A stretch of 14,665 nucleotides of DNA from Amoeboaphelidium protococcarum X5. Lineage: Eukaryota > Fungi > Aphelidiomycota. Both the position numbers and the translations under genes were made by a program. Where the stretch lies: positions 1 to 14,665 of the forward strand of contig JALDTO010000107.1 of assembly GCA_023515725.1 (NCBI GenBank). The letters are read 5' to 3'. The notes beneath the pieces are model-generated. The model ran no database searches and was not told the DNA's origin. It was given only the letters and a program-made list of their open reading frames with translations. Shown one piece after another: positions 1 through 9,564 of this stretch. Each line of letters starts with the position of its first letter. Within the stretch, counting starts at the first letter, position 1.

Positions 1-665
1 TAATCTTGGAAACAGACGTCCATACAAGATTGATAATCATACTCAGGCTTGGCCATGATGCCCCCAATTCGCGTTTGGCGTTCGGCTGATGGCGTTGCTA
101 CAACTTAGAGAATTACAGCTATCCCAAATACCAGTATAGACAAAACACGATCAATATTAACCTCAGAATCAGCTTCACGCAGTTGTGTCAGAGACAATTA
201 AACTAATTGATTATCCTTGACCATTTACCAATAATCAATCCAATCCTAGCGCGAAACCTTGAGCAGAGCTGCTAAACTATCAAGCCCATCATCCTCGCAG
301 CCCAGAGGTTGAACATTTCTATACAGCGCTGGATGGAATAAAACATGCTTTAGCTTTGATGCATGTGGAGTAACAATTACATGGGTCTATTTCTCTTAAT
401 CACGATCATCCGAACGCGAAACCAGCCTGACAGAAGGCTTTTGAACAAATTCATGGAGCTTTATACAATGAGATTAAATTAGATCTTGCAAAGGAGTTTC
501 AAACTTCTACCCCATATCATCATCGGAGTCATCTTCAACATAATCTAGGATATCAACGGTTGATCCAGATCTAGAGGAATTTGCCTCTATGTAAGCACTT
601 GGCTCTACTCGAACTTATTACGGCAATGAGATATCAAGACTCTAATTGAACGTAGGTATAGACAT
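1..665 (-). CDS. 5' part of a REase-fold protein (near-identical paralogue of 9565..11019); runs off the window edge
   Basis: ATG at 665; frame is open to base 1 with TAR=Gln (MSIPTFNQSLDISLPQQ...PHASKLKHVLFHPALYRNVQ...GGIMAKPEYDYQSCMDVCFQD). Colinear with 10355..11019. Confidence 0.85.
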
Positions 666-781
666 TTGACGCGTAAATTAGTATTAATTAAGTACTAATA
701 GAAATAATCAATGACTCAGAACAGAAGAAGGTTATGAGTTTGCCGCCGGTGAAATCAGTAACACAGAGAAACACCGTTTTG
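1..781 (+). repeat. Direct repeat copy A (partner 10355..11135)
   Basis: Ungapped alignment at offset 10354. Similarity ends after ACACCGTTTTG. The left end lies outside the window. Confidence 0.97.
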
Positions 782-1055
782 AAAGTGTTGGCGAAGAGCA
801 GAAACAAATAAATCGTGATTTTTAATTTTCGGCTGAATTGTTGCTTTTGAGCTCCCCTTACAGGGCGATCATGTCTCGTTACGACGATCTAATTGCTATT
901 ATCATAGTGCTGGGATGCAAACTTAACTGAGTCGAAAAAATGATAGTTGTGAGAATACAACGAAAAAGAATGACAGATAAGCAGTATCTCCGGTCTTTCA
1001 ATAATCAGTCGCAGACAACGTGATGAAACAGCTCGAATTGTAAAAATTTATCAAA

Positions 1056-1520
1056 TCAATAACCAGAGTGTCTTCCATTGCTTTCTAATACTATGCATAG
1101 TCGTCCTTTAGCAGAATCAGCTAAAGTTTCGGCTAATTCAAGAGGTAAATTCGTTCAAAATCTCGAAAATTTGCTCAATCAGCTGCTATTTTGATTGAGG
1201 AATTCCATATTTGTTTTGTCTTATTAACTAAATAATTGCCCAAAGTTCTCAACAGGATTAAGATCTAGCGATTGCGGAGGCCACGGAAGGAGTGGTTCGT
1301 TAATTTACGCCAAAAAGTCCATCACCACCTTGGACTTGTGACACGGCGCATTATCCTGCATTAATATCATGCGGATTCCCACATCAGCTTCCCTCACATC
1401 AAACTCAGGCATTAGATGTGTCTCGATGATATCAATATATTACTCGCCTTCCATGGTCCCATCCACCACCGCAAGCGGCCAAAATTCAAATTTGGAGAAA
1501 CAGCCCCACAACACATGACC
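1056..1520 (-). mobile_element. Tc1/IS630-mariner superfamily transposase C-terminal relic (D34E spacing), frameshifted and 5'-truncated
   Basis: Minus strand reads WGCFS...VVDGTMEGEQYIDII...MQDNAPCHKSKVVMDFLAQINEPLLPWPPQSLDLNPVE (34 residues between D and E). After frameshifts it continues LWAII...NLPLELAETLADS...NGRHSGY-TGA(1056). CAGTCGCAGACAA at 1006 may be a decayed TIR. Confidence 0.9.
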
Positions 1521-1561
1521 CCAAAATCACCCTATTAATTATATATTAAACGGTGCCAGGA

Positions 1562-2452
1562 TCATAAATCACTTGCGTTTCGAACACCATAGCTTTGCGT
1601 AAGACTAAACTCAAATAGTATTCTCAGTATATTGTTCATCAGGCTATGCTTCTTCCATTCACGCAGTTTGGTCTCAGCAGCCTTAGTACCTAAACGTCGA
1701 AAGTACATGACAAGCTTCTCCAGATTAGCCGCATTGACAAACAGCCTTAATACAGAAGACTCTTTAAGCTTGGCAGGAGCAATGGGATTTGCACCATCAA
1801 CCGTCAGCTGACGAATAGATTGGTAGCATGTGACCAACGATGATTTGCTGGCAGTGCTAACGGAATCAGATGTGCCTGCCAATTATGATACTACAAATTA
1901 CGCGTCACGGATATGAGTTCTCACAGCAGCAGAAGGCAATGAATCATTGTTGCTCATTTTGGCAGGGTAGGAATTAGAAGCAGAAGCACCAGCAGAAGGC
2001 ATAGATCTAGCACGCGCATTCTTAACTGCAGTTGTCAGTTGATTACGGGCGGAGCGAGTATGACGCGTACTAGTTTGGTGTGTTAACCTGTCGCAATGGA
2101 AACATTCAGCATCGCCAAGCAAGTGTATTCCTGTGATTTGATATTTTTGACGATGCTTCCAAATCGAGAATTACCATACAATGTGTTGTCCAGAAGCATT
2201 GATGACTTATACAGTCTTGGTCCTCTTGCAGTAATCGATTAGTAGCAGAGGATCATAACGACTTTTAGTAGTCTCGCGCATGAGCTACTTGACCATCCAT
2301 CCATCAAATCACCAAAGCGTCTTCCCTATCATTTTCCATAAACTTGACAAAGAACTGACATTGACCGCGTTACCTGCCAGTCTGATGATAGACACACTTG
2401 CCCTTTTAATCTTGGTGGACTTGGTGCAGAAGGGGCAGAAGAATTTCGTCAT
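1562..2452 (-). pseudogene. Decayed copy of an unknown Zn-finger-containing gene (inverted homologue of 8506..9282)
   Basis: Starts MTKFFCPFCTKSTKIK, then has frameshifts and a deletion. Later reads GIHLLGDAECFHC...SARNQLTTAVKNARA...RLFVNAANLEKLVMYFRRLGTKAAETKLREW, matching the copy at 8506. Confidence 0.75.
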
Positions 2453-2710
2453 CGCAGTAGCTTTCACTGATTGACAAAAGTCATGCAATTCACGTTATCC
2501 GTGTCACCGCCAAAATTGCCCCGCTGACTTAAGTTGAACTGAAGAGTGTTGAAATTTGTATTGAATCTCCTTCAAACCTGCAAACTACGCAAATAAAAAG
2601 AGCATCATGGAAAGTGGAGATTTTAAATTGTACTCCTATACTTTAAGAGTCTGACTGACTGCGTTCGACGTGGCCCATTTCTTTCTTGAAAAAAATGGTG
2701 ACAAACGCAA

Positions 2711-4354
2711 ATGACGACGGCGACCAAAGACACTCTGCTGGCGGTATTGAAAAGAAAAGAGCTTAACGATCTCGCTAATGATTTGGAGACAGGGAAGACT
2801 ATATTTGAAGAGATGATGGCTCGCACAGAAGGGCAGTGGAAAGAATTCTTCGGGCTGAATGGCATCGACATTTACAACCACCTGCACGCCTCATTCCGCT
2901 CCTTACTATCACATGCGCTTCCTCCGCTTGGACCGAGAGAGCTCTCATACAGTGTTAGTAAAACTAGAGTGGAGTCTGCGTACAAGATTCAAATTAATAC
3001 CAAGATCGGATCATTTGGGATATTGGATGAGTTTACTCGCGACAAATTGAGCCCATCCGCAAGTTCTTTGCTGTGGACAGAGGCTGAATTAGGTCGCTTG
3101 AAGCCATGGAGTGGAGAGAATAGCATTCAACGTTTGGTGCAAAACGCACTTATGGACTGCCTCAAGCTTACTCAGTTTGAAGCCAAGGTGAATATTCACA
3201 CCGAAACTACGTTCTCCATTTCCCGTATTATGGCAAAGCATCAAGATCGTGTGGATGTGACTTCACTGGTTAACGACACCAAGTCCATCGCCGGAGTGTG
3301 TGAGGTGAAATTGCCGGGGTTTAACCTAGATTCCCTGTTCCAGATTGTTGATTACATGGTCGATCTTCGAAACTCGTTCAATGTCAGATTTGTATTTGGC
3401 GTGTTGACAACGTATGAAAAATGGAGGATTTTATGGTTTGAAGATACAAATATTGCAGCAACGGAAACGAAGCGAGCGGAATTCGATGAGCTTTGTAAAG
3501 CTGGAACTGCGAACGACTACTCGATTGGTTCGAGTAAAGTCACTGTATACACGTCTCGTGTTTATGATTACTCTGAAGTGAATCTGGTTGAAGTTTTGGC
3601 CAGTTTAATGTATAAGATCAGTAGGACACCGATCGCGTCACCTCAATAGTTCATTGAGCCGCACAAGAAGTTCATTCATACGACGAAAGACTCATTTACT
3701 TATGAATCATTGCCACAGTCGATTAAAGCATTCTCGTATCAGATGCCTGATGTTCGTTGTCAGAATTTCTACATACTGTAGTACTATCACCGTGGCGGAG
3801 ATGGGCGGATTGCCCTTTGCTGTTCGAGCTCTGGAAATTTGTGCGTTATTAAGTTTCTGCTCTATCGTGATAATGAAGAAGATGCTTTGAAGAAGGAAGC
3901 CGACTTATGGAATCTTTTATGGGAAACTCAATGCCGTGTGGTGTACCTTAACGGTCGATTTGCCCTTCTGATGCCTTTTTGCTTTCATATTCGGATGATT
4001 GGTCAAAAGCCTACGTTTTGCGGTCTTCAATCTTGGAATCGTCTTGGAGCATCTGCAGATACGAAAATAAACGATTTCGAGGTGGATTAGTTTGAAAAAG
4101 TGGATCACCAGAAATTCAAGGCTTATTAGGATGATCCTTTGATTGCTGCTAAGGAAGCACTAACTTGTATGCTAAAGCACAAAGTACGACATGATGATCT
4201 GAAGTGGGCTCATGTGGCACTCTTACCTTCATTATCTAAGTCATCGGATAATATTGATTTGATTCCTGTCTTATTGGATCTTACTCGAACGACTCAGGTG
4301 TCTGACACAACAGATTTAATCGAAAAGCTCACCTCTAAAATAATTGACCAGTGA
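2711..4354 (+). CDS. 547-aa CR/Crinkler-like protein: helical (SAM-like) header + PD-(D/E)xK REase + atypical protein kinase
   Basis: Track ORFs 2711, 3839 and 4139 share one frame, joined through TAG codons at 3647, 3779, 4088 and 4127, ending at TGA 4352-4354. REase motifs: DRVDV, CEVK, QIVDYM, FGVLTTYEKW. Kinase-like motifs: RGGDGRI, VIKF, KKEADLW, HDDLKWAHV, LLDL. Confidence 0.88.
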
Positions 4355-5033
4355 CGGAAAGCCGAATATATTGTTGTTGTTAGCCATGTGGAAATAAATA
4401 CGAGTACGTAGGTGTTGAACCTGATAGAGGGACTAGGAAAAGATAAAGAAGAAGAAGTTTTTATTTATTACACCATCAAACAAACCCCAACAACGGTGAT
4501 ATCAACCTCGTAGTCTAATAGTTGTCGCTTTTGCATTCATCTAACGCATTCATGTGGAGAAATGCGGGTTTTACTGGATAATATAAGTATATTTATATAT
4601 ATTATTGTTCTAATTCTACCAAAATATTACGTTTCAAATTCTAATTTTTCAATAAAATAAAATTCATTGTTTAATATACTATGTATTGCAGTCATCTTAT
4701 TTTTTGCGAGTTGAAAAATAAGTCATTTTTGGTAGTAACTAAAGTCAAACCTTACTATTGCCACAAGTCGATGCGCCCGAATCAAATTCGCTTTGAGACA
4801 GTCGAGTTAGATCAAGTTTCAACAGGCCATTTCCAACAATGAACCAGCTCATATGATATTGCCGTTGTAGGCGCATTTAAATTGCGCCGCGGTTTTAGTC
4901 AAAGAAGGACGGAGTGCATGAAATGGGCCTTTCTATCGTGTTTACTCGGACCTGGTTGAGGCTCTTTGTAAATGTGATTGTGAAAGACCAAACTTTCTTC
5001 CGACAGAGAAACCGCATTTTTTATTATATCAAT

Positions 5034-6242
5034 ATGCTTCAAGGACCATCATACTTTAGTGGATAAGAATAAATAAATATTCGCGTCAATAAGGATATAG
5101 AAAATTATGAAAGTGAAAGTGATGTAGAGACTGTATTATCCATGGAGTCCTTGAATGATGAGAATTTGTAATAGGATGATATGGAAGCAAAGTTGAATAT
5201 CAATTGCTAATATTTGAATGGGTAAGTACATGAATGGGAGTTTATGAGTCCTTCATCCATTATTCCAGATACTGTACGCGTTATAAAGAAGCCGACCGCG
5301 TCACAGCTGCAGCACTTGGTATTAAATCCGTATCTCTATCGTGGTCTGTAGTAGATTACGTCTTTAAATCACTTGGCGGAAATAGTTGGCGCTCCCTCAA
5401 CTTGGTTAGACACTTATACGAAAAATGTAATGAATAATGCTCTCTTGCGCCGTATTTTAAGAAATTTCGTTGATTTGGAAGATAATAGACCTGAGATTGT
5501 GGTTATAAATATTGGAGTTTCATTAGGTATTCACGTCGCTCGCGCGTATTCTAGTCCTTTTGTGGTCGGTGCCCTGTTCGCACATCCCACCTATGATGTT
5601 CGTGGTTAATCCGACACTATATTTAAAGGTTTATCCGGTAATCCTTTGTTAGCGACTGAGGCTAAAAGAGCTGCCGTCTTTCCAGTCTCTAAATCATGGC
5701 ACGATGGTTCTCGCGGGATCTAAACGCTTTGCACTTTATATCGCACTGGGTGTCCCACTATACTCTACTCGTAGAAATGTTTTAAAGTGTTCGTTGAGAA
5801 TGATAGACGAGATGCGATATTCACCTGGCCTTTTGTTAGCGGCAATTCTTATTAGAATGATGAGCCTTACTCTAGAGATAGGGTGGCGCGTTCTTATACT
5901 CTCCAAGTCATGACCAGTGTCATTATGCAAGTAATTACGATATGCTTGCTGGCTTGTGGAGAAGATGATTTAATCTCTTCCTTGAATCCTATGGCTGTGG
6001 AAGCGACGCCTTTGAAGAGTATCCAGGCATCCTCTACTGACGCATTTACCTGTGAGAAGGAGTAAGGTCGGAAGAGGAAGAGGGAAGACGCATCGTCGAA
6101 GAAGTAGGCTCGTTCTGGTTCCGTAAGGAAGAGAATTCCCTAATTTATTTCAGGATATATTGATGGGTAGCCTATCTACAGCAAGGTCCGCGTAATGGAC
6201 GAGTTGTAGGTCGAAGAACTGGAAAGACTATCAGCAGAATGA
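5034..6242 (+). CDS. 402-aa REase-fold protein, divergent paralogue of 9565..11019
   Basis: Open frame with about 17 TAR codons, ending at TGA 6240-6242. Shared blocks with the paralogue: PTASQLQHLVLNPYLYR, GALFAHPTYDVRGQSD, ATEAK, SRGIQ, FKVFVEN..R..IFTWPF, ICLL, TPLK, IPQF..G..DG.PIY..VRV. Basic patch RKRKR. An alternative in-frame ATG lies at 4923. Confidence 0.85.
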
Positions 6243-6383
6243 AGTTGTCAACCACAGTTTTTCTATTAAAATCAAACGAAAAGTTGTTCTTTACATTATT
6301 CCTATTTATATTTTATCTACCCAACCCCTGTTTTATATTCTCTTAATAATCTTATGCCCTAATGTAATTGATTGAATGATGAG

Positions 6384-6525
6384 CACTTTAAGCTTAAACT
6401 TTTGCAGTATGACTATATGAAATCGTGTTATCAACGCTGCGAGGAACATCCGTGACATCTTCCTCTTCAGAAATGCTAATGACGAAGAGAGACCTGCCGA
6501 ATTCCGTCCAAGAAGGCGTCTCTGA
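6384..6525 (+). pseudogene. Fanzor/TnpB-like nuclease C-terminal remnant (RuvC-III region)
   Basis: From 6403: C-S-M-T-I-*-N-R-V-I-N-A-A-R-N-I-R-D-I-F-L-F-R-N-A-N-D-E-E-R-P-A-E-F-R-P-R-R-R-L-TGA. This matches the Fanzor end motif C..WNRDxNAAxNI...RPxxFxR, given two single-base lesions (TGG>TGA, GAT>GTT). Confidence 0.8.
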
Positions 6526-6650
6526 TAGCTCAATACCCGATGTGGTCACGATGGATACAGGGAGGGTTGGGCAGCCTGTGAATCTGTATCGTAAATCAAA
6601 TCGTGGTCAGCTGTAGGTTGGTGACAGTCTCATCAATTGTTTCAGGTTTT
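6526..6650 (+). ncRNA. Putative Fanzor omegaRNA scaffold (boundaries approximate)
   Basis: Lies directly 3' of the Fanzor stop. Nested stems: GGTCACGAT(6544)/ATCGTGGTC(6600), GATACAG(6554)/CTGTATC(6584), inner GGGTT/AGCCT. A second hairpin TTGGTGA-CAGTC-TCATCAA spans 6618..6636. Confidence 0.6.
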
Positions 6651-7263
6651 AAAGTTGAGTGAAATCAATTCTAGTAACATCTGTAACGATGATCTTTTTT
6701 AGTATATACCATGACATCAGCTTTAAATCATTTACTTAATCAGCTGTTTAATGATCCATAAAATATCAAACCGCTATCGACATAGCTGAAGTTCAAATTT
6801 AAATTGTTGGTTACCCAACTGAAGGACACTTCAACTATGCTGTGCTGCTGCATCAAAATCACACATTTCTGACGAAGCTCCTACAGTGGCCCATGGCTAT
6901 TAAAATTTGAGTGAAATGTGCAAAGAGCTGATAAGCGCACTTTTAAAAGGAGATTAATACTAACCTTTTTCTTCGTTTTTATAATTGTACTACACATATT
7001 ATTTTAAATGCAGCTTTTACCACAGATTAAGTTGACGCGCGCGCAGCCTCGTTAGTTTCACTAAATTCTTTCGCGATTGTGTTCCCGCGTTTAATTTGTA
7101 TCCTGTTTTGGCCGTTTTTAGTCTGATAATGAACTCTTCTCGATTGTTTCAGACTTCCATCTTAATTATTAGCGACTAAGATCAATAAAATGGTACAATA
7201 CACTGTTGCAGGTATTCTTGAAAATATTGGAGAGTTTTACAATACCTCCAATATCCATAGTTG

Positions 7264-7608
7264 TCATTGTTTCGACTGTGCGGCAAGAAGATTTAATTTA
7301 ATTGGCACGCCTTCATCGTGAGCATCGGACTCGGGCGATTTCGGGGTCGGATCGCCAGTCAGTTCCAACGGCTCCTTGTATAAATCCAGAGAATTCGACG
7401 TAATATGTCTCTTGTTCTGAGTGCGCTTCATTGGAGCCGGACTACCACTACCAGGAACAACTCTAGCCATATTCACAGCAGAACCAATAGACATGGGCGA
7501 CGAACGGTGCGCGATAAACTCGACTTCTTGATACGTTTTCGGCGGGCTCAGAAACTTGGCGGACGGAGATGCCTTTGTGAAGTACCGAGTGATTTTGCTT
7601 TGGCGCAT
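7264..7608 (-). CDS. 114-aa disordered Ser/Pro-rich hypothetical protein with N-terminal PIP-box-like motif
   Basis: ATG to TGA ORF. Begins MRQSKITRYF, matching Q-x-x-[ILM]-x-x-[FY]-[FY]. Confidence 0.5.
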   Translation of the reverse strand: MRQSKITRYFTKASPSAKFLSPPKTYQEVEFIAHRSSPMSIGSAVNMARVVPGSGSPAPMKRTQNKRHITSNSLDLYKEPLELTGDPTPKSPESDAHDEGVPIKLNLLAAQSKQ

Positions 7609-7666
7609 CCGTTGTTTCTATTTATTGAAGTGACAGTTTGTAATTACCCTCAAAGTTATCACAATC

Positions 7667-8308
7667 ATGCATCTGGAACATCGAATTCCGTGGAATGCTC
7701 TGGACAAAGTCCTCAAGTATGAACAGCACCCGAAAGATTCGAATAAGAAGCGGCTCTTGGTTGACGAGGCTGGGCTCTCTGTTGTCGGACATTTTGCGCG
7801 ATGTCTTCATGACGCCATTACCGAGTTTGAATCAACCGACAAGAGTTCTCCCATAGAGCGGGAACGGTACAACATAAGATCATGGAAAAGTAGTTATGGC
7901 TGGCCGATTCAGCTTTCAGGAGGGTAGGGCTATTTGGGAAGCAAAATGAGTGTTGTGGCTGGTTACGTGAAGCTGAATCTCCTGCTTCTGAATTGGTCCA
8001 AGTATAGGCAAATACTTTTCTCTCCAAGCTACGGACGTGACTGGGTCTTGGATGTCTGTAGTGGGCAACGCGATGGCGGACATCCCGAGTGGTTGGCGCA
8101 GAGGATGCGTGCCATTTGGGACAGCGATGTTCCCCCTGAAAACACGACTGAAGTGGCACAAGCGATGTTGGACCATTGTAAAGATCTCTTTCGCTGTATG
8201 TACACATCAGGAAGCGATCTATTTACAGCCTCGGAAATCGAGTCTACGATGCACTGGGTATTTGGACTTTGGCGCTGGGAACTCTACAACGAAAGACCTA
8301 GTGCATGA
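7667..8308 (+). CDS. 213-aa hypothetical protein
   Basis: Track ORFs 7667..7927 and 7934..8308 are in frame, joined by one TAG(Gln), ending at TGA. Composition looks globular; no family recognised. Confidence 0.6.
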
Positions 8309-8505
8309 GTGCGATAGAAGGGAGCCTTACAGCTACGTATGTATCAGGCGGGGAACTCTACCGAGCATCAGACTGTGGTGGATGATTTGCGAAGTACTAG
8401 CCTCATAGATAAAGACGCCCTGATCCACTCTTTGCCATTGTTGATAGGCCGTTCATTGGTTTACGAGTATTGTTTGACTTTTGTCAATCAGTGAAATCCG
8501 CTGCT

Positions 8506-9282
8506 ATGACTGAATTCTTCTGCCCCTTCTGTACAAAGGCCACCAAGATCAAGAAAGACAAGTTTGTATTTCATCTGACTGGTAAGTAACGCGGTTAATG
8601 TTAATTCTTTGTCCAGTTTATGGAAAAAGATCAGGAAGAGGCTTTGGTGATTGGCTGGATGGCAAAATAACTCTTGTCTGAAACTATTGTTGGTCCTTAT
8701 GATGCTCTGGTACTAATTGATTATTGCAAGTAGACTAAACCGTCACATTCATCAATACTTCTGGACAACTCATCGTCCAACTGAAGACTGCTATTGACGC
8801 TGCTGAATGGCGTCGAGTCCGTGAAAAGGCTGCTAAACTGTGTGAAGAAGGTAACAAGTATAACTTTGTGTAGCAGTACTCGATGCGGAAGCATCGTCAG
8901 AGTTGTCAAAACAAAGGAATACATTTTCTTGGCGATACATAATGTCTACACTGCGTGATTATCACACAAAGATCTAATATGCGTCCTGCCCACTCTGCGC
9001 GTAACCAACTGACCACTGCAGTAAAGAGCGCGCGCGCGAATTCTACAGCCACTACGTCTGCTAATACTACTGCCCCTGCCCAACTGTCCAATAATGACCC
9101 TCTTACTACTGCTGCTGTCCGAGCTCACCTGCGTGATGCGTAATTTGTAGTGCCAGAGCTGGCTGGCAATTCTGAAAACAGTCATCTGTTACAAGGCTGT
9201 TTGTCGATGCAGACAATCTGGAGAGGCTGGTCATGTACTTTCGTCGTCTAGGCACTAAGGCTGCAGAAACTAAATTGCGTGA
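8506..9282 (+). pseudogene. Second decayed copy of the unknown Zn-finger gene
   Basis: MTEFFCPFCTKATKIKKDKFVFHLTGKQRGQCQFF..., frameshift near 8740, ...KHRQSCQNKGIHFLGDTQCLHC...SARNQLTTAVKSARA..., deletion near 9190, then RLFVDADNLERLVMYFRRLGTKAAETKLR and truncation. Confidence 0.75.
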
Positions 9283-9564
9283 TCTTCGTTCGATTTACGG
9301 AGTGATTGGTCAGCTGTCAATGTCAAATTAGCACACTGGTGTCTTTTTTTTAATGCAAGGCCAGGCAATGATCGCCGCAGAGCCAAATCCTTGTCAGAGT
9401 AAACAGTTTAACGATTTGAGTGCAAAGCAGACTTTCTTAATGAGTGGCGTTGGGAGTCCGTGCGCAACTTGTACCTCAAAATGTTGACAAATATATAGTA
9501 ACAAAAAGCATCGCGATTTAAGAGTCATATCAAGCAATATACTTTTACATAATAGTGAAATAAT

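Noticed and set aside
4400-5030. AT-rich tract and small hairpin (CGCATT...AATGCG) as ncRNA or terminator
   Set aside because: Consistent with ordinary eukaryotic intergenic sequence; no family features.
8305-8494. ATGA stop-start overlap suggesting operon-like coupling, and short ORFs before the Zn-finger pseudogene
   Set aside because: The downstream ORFs are very short and not in frame with 8506, so likely chance.
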